This document shows, piece after piece, positions 20,487-31,544 of a stretch of 64,000 bases of DNA (positions are counted from its first letter, which is position 1; the number at the start of each line of letters is the position of its first letter). Position numbers and translations under genes: made by a program. The notes below the pieces were generated by a model. The model ran no database searches. It worked only from the letters and a program-made list of their open reading frames with translations, and was not told the origin of the DNA. Source of the stretch: an uncultured Nitrososphaerota archaeon (GTDB taxonomy: Archaea > Thermoproteota > Nitrososphaeria > Nitrososphaerales > Gagatemarchaeaceae); contig CAVRAG010000007.1 of the NCBI GenBank assembly GCA_963718895.1, positions 320,001 through 384,000 on the forward strand. Reading direction: 5' to 3'.

Positions 20487-21278
20487 TTGACCATGGATCG
20501 CCTGAAAGGTAGGGTGGCGCTGATCACAGGTTCCGGTTCAGGAATGGGCAGGGCGACTGCAAAGCTCTTCTCGAAAGAGGGCGCGATCGTCGCTGTCAGC
20601 GACATCGACGTTGACGGAGGCGAGGAGACCGTCGCAGCAATCAAGAAGGATGGCGGAGAAGCCTCCTTCTTCAGGTGTGATGTGACGAAGGGCACGGACG
20701 TTAGGGCTACAGTCAACGCCATAGTCGCGAGATACGGTCGGATCGACGTAGTCCACAGCCACGTGGGCGGCGACATCGGGCCCAACGACACGGTCGTCGA
20801 CGACAGCGAAGACGACTGGGACAGGCTGATGGACCTCAACATCAAGAGCCACTTCTTGGTCACCAAGGAGGTGATCCCCCAGATGATCAAACAAGGTGGC
20901 GGGGCAATAATCATCACGATCACGACGAACGCCTTCATGAACTACCGGCACGTGCAGGCCTACGGGACCACGAAGTCGGCCCTGATCCAACTGACCAAGT
21001 CCCTGGCTATGGACTACGCAGAGAACAACATCAGGGTGAACGCGCTGGCGCCCGGAGAGATCCTCACGCCTCTCTGGGAGAGACACTTCAACGCCCATTC
21101 CAATCCCGCAGAAGCCAAGGAGGCGGTCCGCAAGAAGATACCGATAGGCCGGATTGGGACCGCCGAGGAGGTCGCTTCGTGCGCCCTCTTCTTCGCCTCA
21201 GACGACGCGCGGTACGTCACCGGGAACATCCTGTTCGTTGACGGCGGCCTTATGGCAGGCTTCTACGACTCGTCGTAG
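20487..21278 (+). CDS. SDR oxidoreductase
   Basis: TGSGSGMG, YGTTK, IRVNALAPG, VDGG. Confidence 0.93.
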   Translation: MTMDRLKGRVALITGSGSGMGRATAKLFSKEGAIVAVSDIDVDGGEETVAAIKKDGGEASFFRCDVTKGTDVRATVNAIVARYGRIDVVHSHVGGDIGPNDTVVDDSEDDWDRLMDLNIKSHFLVTKEVIPQMIKQGGGAIIITITTNAFMNYRHVQAYGTTKSALIQLTKSLAMDYAENNIRVNALAPGEILTPLWERHFNAHSNPAEAKEAVRKKIPIGRIGTAEEVASCALFFASDDARYVTGNILFVDGGLMAGFYDSS

Positions 21279-21365
21279 AGAGACTCGACGTCGCGTCCGG
21301 TTCAGAGACCGCCTCGGCCGGATGGGGTACTCAGGCTCTCTGTCTAACCCTAAGGAGACGGGGAG

Positions 21366-21440
21366 CGGGCCCGGCCGGATTTGAACCGGCGGCATCTAGC
21401 TTCGCAGGCTAGCATTCTATCCATACTGAACTACGGGCCC
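21366..21440 (-). tRNA. tRNA-Arg (GCG), intronless, CCA not encoded
   Basis: Reverse complement folds into a cloverleaf: GGGCCCG acceptor, anticodon arm CTAGC-CTGCGAA-GCTAG, T arm GCCGG-TTCAAAT-CCGGC. Confidence 0.97.
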
Positions 21441-21535
21441 GGCAAAACGGGCTCCTTATTGTTGGGCCTAATAACTTTCTTCGGCGAGCCGGCTGCCTCT
21501 GGCCCTTTGGACCCATGACCCTACCGAAACCCAGC

Positions 21536-23197
21536 CTAGCTCTCCCTTGAGTTATCGAGCGCGCCGGTAATCTTGTTCGCCGTCGCTTCCTGGCCCGCGT
21601 CCATTATGTACGGACCCAGCCTCGGTCCCCTCTCGGTCCCGAGGAGAATTTGGTAGATGGCGGAGAAGAACTTGCTGGGCTCCGTACCGCTGCTCCGGAT
21701 GGATGCGAAGGCGGCGCCCTGGATCTCGTCGGAGGTCTTGGACCGACCGAGGGCCTCGGCGAACGACCTGAGGGCGGTGACAGTCTTGGCGTCCCAGTCC
21801 CGGGGCGCGAGCTTGGCCTTCGGGAGGTCCGACTCAGCCGTCTTCTCCACCCTAAGGTCCGCGTCCCTGGCCCACTTTGCGGCCCAGCCTATGCGGGTCG
21901 AGAGCTCCGGCGAGGGTCCCGCGACCGCCCCGTTCGAGATCAGGCGCTTCGTGACGAACTCCTCCACGGCGCCCTCGGGAGCCACAGCGGCAAGCTCGGC
22001 GACCTGGCGGTAGGGGACGTGAACTCCCGGGCGTTCGGGGACAGAGGTGAGAACCGTGTACTCGTAGAGCCCCCGCTGCCTCGCGTCCTTCATGGTGTTC
22101 GGGTCCCTCTTCTTCGAGAAGTAGTCGTCCTCGAGCTCGTCGAACTCGTCCATGTAGGTCGGGACGTCGTCGACGGAGATGTTCCTGGCACCCACGATTC
22201 GCTTGAACATGAGGAGCCTGAGGCTGGCGGGGGAGGCGTAGGTCGAGCCAGTCCTGTGGCGTCATGACGTTGCCCACCGACTTGCGCAATCTTCCGCCCC
22301 GCTCTTGTCCTGGAACATCTCGTACCGCGCGTGGTAGCGGCGGAGGGTGCGCGAGGACGTTCTCGCTGATCCAGTCGTTGACCTTCACCGAGTCCGCGAT
22401 GTCCTTGCCGTAGGCCTCGAACCTGATGTCGAGCGCGGCCCACCTCGCGGCGAACTCGCTCTTCCAGATGAGCTTCCCCTCGCCCTCGGTGATGCTGCCG
22501 GTCCCCCTCGAAGCCGCACCCCTTGACGATGCTGTGTCACGGATCTCGGCGCTGTCGCACTTGTAGTGGACCGTCCGCCCGACGCGGCGTCGTAGGAGGA
22601 GACCACCGTGGTGTAGAGCCTGCCGCAGTTCTTGCAGATGGGCGTGTAGGGGAGGACGGTCTGGTACTTGTCCTGGCCGGTCAGCTCCTTGATCTTGTTC
22701 CCGACGAGCTCTGCGTTGTCGAGGATTGTCTTGATCTGGTCGTTGAGCAGCCCGCTTCTTGTAGACCTCGGCTCCGCTCATGAAGGTGTAGTCGATGTCC
22801 GAGCGTCGTCGAGGGACGCCTTGAGCAGGGAGCCGACGTGCTCGCCGAAGGACCTGTGGCAGCCGAACGGGTCGGGGATTCGCGTGACGGGGTGCGCGAT
22901 GTAGTCGTTGAGCGAGTCGGGGAAACCGGCAGGGACCTTCCTGAGCCCGTCGAGGTCGTCAGAGTAGGCGATGAGCTCCGACTTGTAGCCGAGGCCCTCG
23001 AGCGCCATCTTGACGCCGTAGCGACCGGATGGCGTCCCCGACGCTCCCGATGTGCGGGAGTCCCGAGGCGCCCAGGCCAGCTCTCGACCCGGATGAGCGA
23101 GAGGTCCCTCCCGAGCGACTTGTCCCTCTCGACGACCTCGCTGGCCACCCTGTCGAGCCACGTGCCCCTCCCGATGATCTTGACCTGCTCGAGACAA
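21536..23197 (-). CDS. lysS: Class I lysyl-tRNA synthetase (multiple frameshifts)
   Basis: GASGLPHIGS, SDDLDGLRKVP, IPDPFGCH, FEAYGKD, KSVGN, GPRLG. Confidence 0.92.
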
Positions 23198-23253
23198 GCG
23201 AGTACATGCGCGGGGTCCCGAGGCGCCGATTAAAGAGATTGCGGCGGCCCGTA

Positions 23254-25433
23254 TCAGCGGTAGTAGGGGACCGCGACCTTCTCCATCGGCTTGCACTCTC
23301 TCGAGGAGCGGACCTTCTTCGCCGCGTCCTTGAAGTGGTCGTAGGTGACGATGGCCTCCTCGAGGTGCTTCTTCGCGTCCTCGGGCTTTGGGTACTTCGC
23401 GACGTACTCCTGGAGCACCATCGAGACCGCGGTGTTGACGAGCGCGGCGAGGTCGGCCCCGCTGAACCCTTCGGTCATGTCGACGAGCGCTGTCGGCGTC
23501 TGACGTCGCTGGTCCTTCTGCTTGCCCTCCATGTTGATGGTGAGTATCTGGTGCCTGGACTTCCTTGTCGGGCAGCGGTATCGGAGATGATCTTGTCGAA
23601 CCTTCCCGGCCTCACGAGCGCCGGGTCGACCATGTCGATCCTGTTGGTCGCTGCGAGGACCACGACGCCCGTTGAGGTGCCTGGATGCCGTCGAGCTCCG
23701 TGAGGAGCTGGCTGACGACCCTCTCGGTGACCATGCTGTCTCCGCCCATGCCTCTCGTCGGAGCCAGGGCGTCGATCTCGTCGAAGAAGATCATGCAGGG
23801 CGCAGCCTGGCGCGCCCTGCGGAAGACCTCCCTCACTCCGCGCTCGGACTCGCCCACCCACTTGCTGAGGAGCTCCGGGCCCCGGATGCTGATGAAGTTC
23901 GCCTCGCTCTCGGTCGCGACCGCCTTTGCGAGCATGGTCTTGCCGGTGCCCGGACGGGCCCGTAGAGGAGGACTCCCTTTGGCATGTTGTAGCCGATGGC
24001 CTTGTAGAGGTCCGGGAACTTCAGCGGCCACTCCACCGCCTCCTGGAGCTCCTTCTTGACGTCCTCGAGGCCGCCTATCTCGGCCCACTTTACGTCTGGC
24101 GTCTCGAGGTAGACCTCGCGCATCGCCGAGGGCATGACGTCCTTCAGCGCGCTCCTCGAAGTCGTTCATGGTCACGATGAGCTTGTCGAGTATCTCCGGG
24201 CTGAGCCTCTCCTCCTCCAGCTTGAGCTCCGGGAGCATCCTGCGGAGGGTCTTCATCGCAGCCTCCTTGCAGAGGTACTCCGCGTCCGCGCCCACGAAGC
24301 CGTGGGTGACCGCGGCGAGCTTCTCGAGGTCGACGTCCGGCGTGAGCGGCATGTGCCTCGTGTGTATCTGGAGTATCTCGTATCGGCCCTTCTTGTCGGG
24401 GACCTTGATCTCGATCTCCCTGTCGAAGCGTCCAGGCCTCCTCAGGGCCGGGTCGATGGCGTTGGGGCGGTTGGTCGCCGCGATCACGATGACCTTGCCC
24501 CTGGCCTCGAGGCCGTCCATGAGGGAGAGCAGCTGGCTGACGACCCTGCGCTCCACCTCGCCGGTGACCTCCTCCCTCTTCGGCGCGATCGAGTCGATCT
24601 CGTCGATGAATATGATGGTCGGCGCCTTCTCCTTTGCCTCCTTGAAGATCTCCCGGAGCCTCGCCTCGGACTCGCCGTAGAACTTGCTCATGATCTCGGG
24701 ACCCGATATCGGGATGAAGTGCGCGTTGCTCTCGGTCGCGACCGCCTTTGCCAGCAGGGTCTTGCCGGTCCCCGGAGGGCCGTACAGGAGCACTCCCTTC
24801 GGAGCCTCGACGCCGAGCTTCTCGAATATCTCCGGGTGGCGGAGCGGGAGCTCGATCATCTCCCTGACCTTCTGTATCTCGTCCTTCAGGCCGCCGATGT
24901 CCTCGTAGGTGACCTGGGGGACTCCTCGGAGCGCCTCTCCCTTCTCGGAGATCACGAAGACCGTCCTCTGGGTGATCAGGGCAGCCTCTGCGGCCGGGCT
25001 CACGCCCATGACCTGGAACGTGAGCCTCCCGCCGAAGTACGGAATCATGACGTTGTCGCCCTTGGTGACGGGCACGCTCTCGAGCGTGTCCGCGAGGTAC
25101 CTCTCGTCGATCGGAGGGACCGCCTCGAGCGGCGCGACCACGACCTTCTCGGCCGGCGGCGCCTTGACCTTCTTGACGATGACCATGTCGCCGATGGCGA
25201 CGCCGGCGTTGTTTCGGATGAGTCCGTCTATCCTGACGATGCCCCTGCCCTCGTCGGAGGGATAGAGCGGCAGGCACTTGGCGACGGTCCTCCTCTTCCC
25301 GCGGATCTCGATGACGTCGCCCGGTCGAGGCGTCGAGCGCGTCCATGGCGTCGTAGTCGATCCTGGCCACGCCTCGGCCCACGTCCCTCGTGTAGGCTTC
25401 CAGTACCTTTAGTTGGACTTGTTGCTGGCTCAC
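23254..25433 (-). CDS. cdc48: CDC48/p97 AAA ATPase (frameshifts)
   Basis: [20 protein letters not shown]-domain; two AAA modules with [18 protein letters not shown]. Confidence 0.96.
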
Positions 25434-25446
25434 GCCTCTATCACTT

Positions 25447-25955
25447 TCAGACAACTCTGACTCCCCTATATCCCTTATTAGTCTTGTCCCTAAGTTTGAA
25501 GACGACCTCGAGAAGGCCGTTGTTGAAGGAGGCCGCGCCCGAGTCGGGGTCGATGTCGCGCTGCAGGACGATCTCCGTCCTGTACTTCCTGTCTTCCTTG
25601 ACCGCCTCCAGGGTGACCTTGTCCTCCAGCGCGGACAGCTGGACATCATCCTTGCTGACGCCGGGGAGCTCGACGAGCAGCCTGAGGCTGCCCTCCTTCT
25701 CGTCTACCACCTGCTCGTAGATGGGAGCTCTGAATCCGTCCGGACCTATCAGGTTGTCCCCGAAGAACTGTATCCTGGGCTTCCCTTCCGGCCCGAAACC
25801 CATCGCCATACCCGCGACGACGGGCTTTGAAAACGCCTTCTGTCCAGATTCACGCTCGACTTCACGGCATCCTCCACGCTCCTCTCGAACTCCTCGAAAT
25901 ACCGGTCAAGCTCGTCGAGCATGTCTCGCAGGTTACGTCGCCTCTCCTCCGACAA
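25447..25955 (-). CDS. hsp20: Archaeal small heat-shock protein Hsp20 (frameshift near 25840)
   Basis: GPEGKPRIQFFG, VELPGVSKDDV, ASFNNGLLEV alpha-crystallin motifs. Confidence 0.9.
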
Positions 25956-25986
25956 ATTAACCACTGGTTAATTAGCCCATGGTTAA
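25955..25986. promoter_or_regulatory. Tandem palindromic operator, TTAAC-N5-GTTAA and TTAGC-N5-GTTAA
   Basis: AATTAACCA-C-TGGTTAATT perfect inverted repeat at 25955-25973 plus a degenerate copy at 25972-25986, next to the TTTTTAAG box. Confidence 0.75.
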
Positions 25987-26022
25987 ATCTTTTTAAGTCT
26001 TTCCTTCGCGGCACCCCTCACC

Positions 26023-26632
26023 TTGGCCACGATAGAGGATATCGCAAACTCGCGGGTGAGGCTCACTGTCGCCAGCCTCATCTCTTCGAGGCCGAGGACC
26101 CTTGGGGAGCTCGCCGAGATGACCGGAATCTCTGTGCAGGGGGTCCTTAAGCACCTGAAGCAGACTGTCGGAGTCAGGGATGGTGAAGACGAGAAACCTT
26201 CCTTCCGGGAGATACCTGAGGCCGAGGAAGCTGTACTACATCGCGGAGCGAAGGGTCGCTGACTACTCGGAGGGCGAGATGATTGTCGCCACTCTCGGTG
26301 ACAGGGGCGTCGCGAGCGAGCTCGAGACCAGCGACCCCTACGATGAGCTGGACGGGCTCGCCCAGGACATCATCGTGATGCGGAGGAGAGTCCGCGAGCT
26401 CTCCGGGCGGATGAGGCGGATGATCGAGGAAGTGACGGAGAACGAGTCCAGGATAGCGGGGCTCATCGACACGATGAACCTGAGCTCCGAGGAGAAACAG
26501 ATAGCATCTCTTATCTTCGGTGACGACGGGCCGGAACAGACGAGAAGGATATTGAGGGAGCACTACGGCTGCAAGAATCCTGAAGGTGCGATCGAGGAAG
26601 TTGTCGAGAAGATGAAGGAGGCAGGAGCCTGA
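26023..26632 (+). CDS. ArsR/wHTH regulator, Phr/HSR1-like (frameshift near 26165)
   Basis: IANSRVRLTV...RPRTLGELAEMTGISVQGVLKHL...RPRKLYYI plus C-terminal coiled coil; divergent from hsp20-cdc48. Confidence 0.8.
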
Positions 26633-26649
26633 AGAAGTCAGCTCTGATA

Positions 26650-27484
26650 ATGGTGACCAATGACGACGGCGTCTTCAGCCCAGGGATAGTCGCTCTGACA
26701 GATGCGGTCGAGCACTACGCACACGTCTCCGTCATCGCGCCGGAGGGCCAGCAGAGCGCTGCCGGGATGAGCCTGACCTTCCACAGACCGCTGCGCGTCG
26801 AGAAGGTCCTGGTCCACGGCAGGGCTTGCTACGCGGTCTCCGGAAGCCCGGCGGACTCTGTGATGGTCGGGGTCAACAAGCTGCTCCCCCGCCGACCGGA
26901 CATGGTCGTCTCTGGCATAAACATAGGGGAGAACCTCACCATCCAGGACATCCTCGCGTCGGGCACCGTCGCCGCCGCAATGGAGGCCGCACTGCTGGGG
27001 ATCCCGTCGCTGGCCTTCTCGATGGAGGTGCCGGGCGGCATGCAGTTCAGCCACGGTCAGAAGAACAACCGCTTCGACCTTCCCGCCATGGTCGCGGCGG
27101 AGATAACGCACGAGGTGCTCCTGAACGGGCTTCCTCCGGGCGTCAGCCTCCTGAACGTGAACTTCCCTTGGAAGACCCACGTGGGGACGAAGGTCAGGCT
27201 GACCTCGATAGAGGTCAGGAAGTACAGAGACTACGTCCTCCAGAGGAAGGACCCGAGGGGCAGACCCTACTACTGGGTCTGGGGCGCGAGGCTTCCCACA
27301 TACAAGAAGGACTCCGACGTCTACGCGGTCCACAAGTGATGAGACCATCTCCATATCGCCGCTCTCGCTCGACCTGACTCCCTCGGTCGCTAGGCGGGTC
27401 AGGTCACTCGGGGCTCGCCTCGAAGAGAGAATATCGGGAATGTACGGCAAACTGTCTAGATTAAATACAAAGAAGGATGATTGA
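26650..27484 (+). CDS. surE: 5'/3'-nucleotidase SurE (frameshift near 27335)
   Basis: VTNDDG, GSPADSV, VVSGINIGEN, SGTVAAAME, LNVNFP. Confidence 0.95.
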
Positions 27485-27523
27485 GATTCCAAGTAGAGAA
27501 CCGATGGGGGTCGAAGGTTAGTC

Positions 27524-28048
27524 TTGGCGAACACCACGAGGGCTTTGGGCTCTCCGGCCGGTTCCCTTTCACCACCTGCTGTGAGGTTCGTCATCCTCTC
27601 CAGCATGGTGAAGCTGGCCTTTCCTCCGCTCTTCTTCTCCTCGCTTCCGAAGAGGGCCATAGGTTTCTCCTATCCCAGCGGGAACGAGGGGAAGGTCCTC
27701 GGCGTCTGCCCTCCTCGCAGCGACGGTCTCGGTCGCGTTCCTCCTCACAAGGACCCTGGGACCCCTGGGCGTCTGTTCTGATGATCTGGCTGACGGGGGG
27801 ACGGCCGCGCTGATGCTATACAACTCGACACAGTGCAGGGTGGCCTTCGTGAAGGAGTACTGCTCGGCGTGCAGGCTGAGGCCGATCATAGAGGAGCACG
27901 AGTCGATGCACCTGAACGGGGAGAGGAGCGAGGACGTGGTCTGGGGCGAGGCGAGGAAGAAGTACAGCTACGACGGCCTCTCGCTGGCGGGCGACCCGAG
28001 GATCTGTTCAGCTTCTGTCCGATCGCCAAAAAGCTAAGAGACAACTGA
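27524..28048 (+). CDS. Hypothetical membrane-associated protein with HExxH and CxxC motifs (frameshifted)
   Basis: Fragments: hydrophobic segment, CSAC, EEHESMHL, CSFCP...KKLRDN. Confidence 0.45.
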
Positions 28049-28064
28049 GGAGGGGTGGGCAGCC

Positions 28065-29941
28065 TTGGTTCACAGGGTAGCGGTACTGGACTGAGGACCT
28101 CTGCCACTCCGACAAGTGCGGCCTAGAGTGCATCAGGGACTGCCCGGTGAACATCAACGGCGAGCAGTGCATCGTCCTGGGCGAGGAGAAGCTCGCCGTC
28201 ATCTCGGAGCCGCTCTGCATCGGCTGCGGCATCTGCGTCAAGGTCTGCCCGTTCGAGGCGATCACGATCCTCAACCTCAGCGAGGAGCTGAAGCAGGACA
28301 AGATCCACCAGTACGGGATCAACACCTTCCGGCTCTACCGCCTGCCCACGCCGAGGAAGGGGCAGGTCGTCGGGCTGGTGGGGAGGAACGGGTCGGCAAG
28401 TCCACGGCGCTCCAGATCCTCTCCGGACAGCTCATCCCGAACCTCGGGGACTACGAGAAGGAGCCCTCCTGGGACAGGTTCCTCGACTACCTCAGCGGGA
28501 GGGAGCTGAAGGAGCACTTCAAGAGGGTCGAGAGGGGCGAGGTGAGGGTCTCGCTCAAGCCCCAGGCGGTCTACAAGCTCCCGGAGGTCTGGAAGAAGGA
28601 CGTGAGCTCCCTGCTCGAGAAGGTGGACGAGACGCAGGACGATGGAGGAGGTCGTCGAGACGCTCGGGCTCGGCGAGGCGCTCGGCAAGAACGTCCCCGA
28701 CCTGAGCGGAGGGGAGCTCCAGAGGGTCGCGGTCGCCGTGGCGTCGCTGAAGGACGCCGACATCTACCTCTTCGACGAGCCCTCGTCCTACAACGACGTC
28801 TACCAGAGGCTCGCGGTCTCCAGGCTCATCAGGTCGATCGCGGCGAAGGGCAAGTACGTCCTCCTCGTCGAGCACGACATCACCTTCCTCGACTACGCCA
28901 GCGACTACGTCCAGATAATCTACGGCGAGCCCGGGGTCTACGGCGTCGTCTCCTCGCTCTATCCGTCGCGGACGCGGGATCAACGCCCTCCTCGAGGGGA
29001 TGCTCCCGCAGGAGAACATCAGGTTCAGGGACACGGGCGTCACCTTCGAGAGCGTCACACCAGCGTGGAGAGCCAGCAGTCCGAGGAGGTGATAGCGAGC
29101 TACACGGACATCGCCAAGACGTTCCCCGGGTTCAGCCTCGAGGCCCGCGGCGGAGAGCTGACGAGGGGCATCGTGCTCGGGGTCATCGGGGCGAACGCCC
29201 TCGGGAAGACGACGTTCCTCCGCATGCTCGCCGGAGAGGAGAAGCCCGAGACTGCGGGAGCGTCAGCCTGGGCGCGAAGATAGCGCTACAAGCCCCAGTA
29301 CCTCAAGGCCGACTTCTCCGGGACGGTGCAGGAGTTCTTCGGCGAGAAGGTGGGGAAGGGGTTCGACGACGCCGAACCTCCAGGCCAACCTCGCGGGCCC
29401 GCTCAGGATGGAGAAGCTCCTCGCCAGGAACGATGCCCGAGCTCAGCGGCGGGGAGCTGCAGAAGGTCGCGATCGTCACCACCTTCGCCCAGGAGGCCGA
29501 CCTCTACGCGCTCGACGAGCCGTCCGCGTTCGTCGACGTCGAGGACAGGTTCGTCATAGCCAAGGCGATGGGCAGGCTGGTCAAGGCGGTGGGGAAGAGC
29601 GCGATGGTCATCGACCACGACATCCAGCTGCTCGACCTCATCTCCGACAGGATGCTCGTCTTCACCGGGGAGCCCGGGCGTCGAGGGAGAGGCGACGGCT
29701 CCGCTGGGGAAGGAGGAGGGGATGAACATCTTCCTCGCGCGAGGTGGGGCTGACCTACCGCAGGGACATCAACAGCGGGAGGCCGCGGGTCAACAAGCCC
29801 GACAGCAAGGTCGACAGGGAGCAGAAGGAGAAGGGGCAGTACTACTACGTCGCAAAGCTCGCGGCAGCCGGAGCGCCGAGGAAGAGGAGCGGGGTGCTCG
29901 GGAGTTGGCGAAGTTCCTCAGGGACTCGCTGGGCGGAGTGA
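28065..29941 (+). CDS. rli1: ABCE1/Rli1 ribosome recycling ATPase (multiple frameshifts, 3' end approximate)
   Basis: Fe-S domain [10 protein letters not shown]...[15 protein letters not shown]; LSGGELQ twice; DEPS; [15 protein letters not shown]. Confidence 0.95.
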
Positions 29942-30737
29942 TTCCTCCCGGAGCAGATCCGGGCGCTCGAGACGGGATAGACGTCATCGGGGACATCGCG
30001 ATAGTGAAGCTGAGCGAGGATGCCAGGCCGTACGGCGCCGCTGGTCGGCCAGGCCGATCATGGCGGCGATGAAGAACGTGAAGGGCGTCTTCGACCAGGA
30101 GGGAGGGATCGAGGGCGACTTCCGGCTCGGCAACCTCCGGCACCTCGCGGGGGAGGAGAGGACCATCACCATCCACAGGGAGAACGGGCTCAGGCTCAGG
30201 GTCGACGTCGAGACGTGCTACTTCTCTCCGCGGCTCTCCACCGAGAGGCTAGGATCGCGGACCTCGTCGAGGACGGGGAGGTCGTCCTGAACATGTTCGC
30301 CGGGGTCGGGCCCTACTCGATCACGATCGCCAAGCGAAGAAGGTCGGAGGTCTAGAGCAACGAGCTGAACGAGGCCGCCTTCAGGCTCCACCTGGAGAAC
30401 AACAGGCTGAACAAGGTCGAGGCGCGGTCTGAAGATGCTCAACGTGGACGCGATGACGCTGCCCGAGGACCTCCGGGTCAGGTTCGACAGGATACTGATG
30501 CCCCATCCGTCCCAGTCCGACCGCTTTCTCGGCACCGCGCGGCGGCTTCTCAAGGAGGGCGGCTGGATACACTACTACAGGCACGTCTCCGGTGCAGACG
30601 TCGACGAGGCGCGCACGAACCTTGGGCAGGAGCTCCGGCAAATCCTCGGCGAGAGCGTGACGTTCTCATCCAGGAAGGTGAGGGAGATCGGCCCCCACTA
30701 CATCGAGCTCGTCGCCGACATTCAGGCGACCGTCTGA
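29905..30737 (+). CDS. trm5: Trm5/Met-10+ family tRNA methyltransferase (frameshifts)
   Basis: [44 protein letters not shown]. Confidence 0.85.
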
Positions 30738-31300
30738 AGCGCCGAACGTGCGGCGTGTGCCAGGAGCTTCGCAAGCCTCACCGGTTCTGGGACGCCGCCC
30801 TGGAGCGTGAACGACTCGATCACCCTTCTGGCGTCGGGCTCGGAGATCGAGGTCAGCCGTGCGTAGACGCTCTTTCCGGTCCCCAGCTGCATGCGGGTAC
30901 GATCTCCGAGCATCCTGTATCGTCGGACCTTGCCCTCGGGGTCCTCGAACTGCGCTCGGATCGAATCCTCGATTCCGGCTGATTCCCTGTAGGTGAGACA
31001 TATGACCGGCCGACCCGTCTTCTCCGACAAGGCGTCGAGGTCCACTATGTTGTAGTGGCTGATTATGCAGCCCGAGAGCATTACCACGTTCACGTCCTCT
31101 CTACCGAGGCTCCGGTGCATCCCGATGAGCGAGGAGGTCGCGTCGTCCCCTCCCACCCTCGCCCTCCCGAAACAGATGCCGTCCACGACGAGGTCGGACC
31201 TCATCACCACGCCGCCCAGCACGGAGAACGAGTCGCCCCTGCGGAAGCTCTCCGAGATGCCCAGGACCCTTATCGCCCGCTTGTTCGGGTGGACCCTCAT
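30722..31300 (-). CDS. DUF99 / endonuclease V-like protein
   Basis: VLGISESF, GVVMRSDLVVDG, VGGDDAT, YNIVD, VPEPVRLAKL. Confidence 0.85.
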   Translation of the reverse strand: MRVHPNKRAIRVLGISESFRRGDSFSVLGGVVMRSDLVVDGICFGRARVGGDDATSSLIGMHRSLGREDVNVVMLSGCIISHYNIVDLDALSEKTGRPVICLTYRESAGIEDSIRAQFEDPEGKVRRYRMLGDRTRMQLGTGKSVYARLTSISEPDARRVIESFTLQGGVPEPVRLAKLLAHAARSALQTVA

Positions 31301-31386
31301 GGGTGTCGTTTCCGGAGCCTCGCTTAATACTCTTGGCGATGCTCCTGCACGCCGACCGGACTAGGACCCGGGCAAACTAGTCGAAA

Positions 31387-31452
31387 GGAGGCTCAGACAA
31401 ATGCCTTCTCTTCATACAGAAATTTTCGTAACTCTGATTCATCACTGCCCCC
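31387..31452 (-). ncRNA. C/D box guide sRNA targeting 23S rRNA
   Basis: Minus strand: GGGGGC-A-GTGATGA (C) ATCAGAGTTAC GAAAATTTCTGT ATGAAGA (C') GAAGGCATTTGT CTGA (D) GCCTCC; terminal stem; TTTATA about 24 nt upstream. Confidence 0.85.
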
Positions 31453-31544
31453 AAGTCCCACGGGCCGTCTTGGAGTATAAAGAGGTATTCGGGCCGTGCG
31501 CCAAGAAGCGGCTCGGTTTTGCGTCCCCGGACCGCGAAGGCCCC

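Noticed and set aside
21279-21440. tRNA-Arg as the attachment site of an integrated element
   Set aside because: There is no integrase, no duplicated tRNA end and no compositional shift nearby.
23900-24790. Repeated DNA within cdc48
   Set aside because: It reflects the expected similarity between the D1 and D2 AAA modules.
26638-27660. 340-aa minus-strand ORF and similar long antisense ORFs across the window
   Set aside because: These are shadows of high-GC genes (here surE) with no family motifs.
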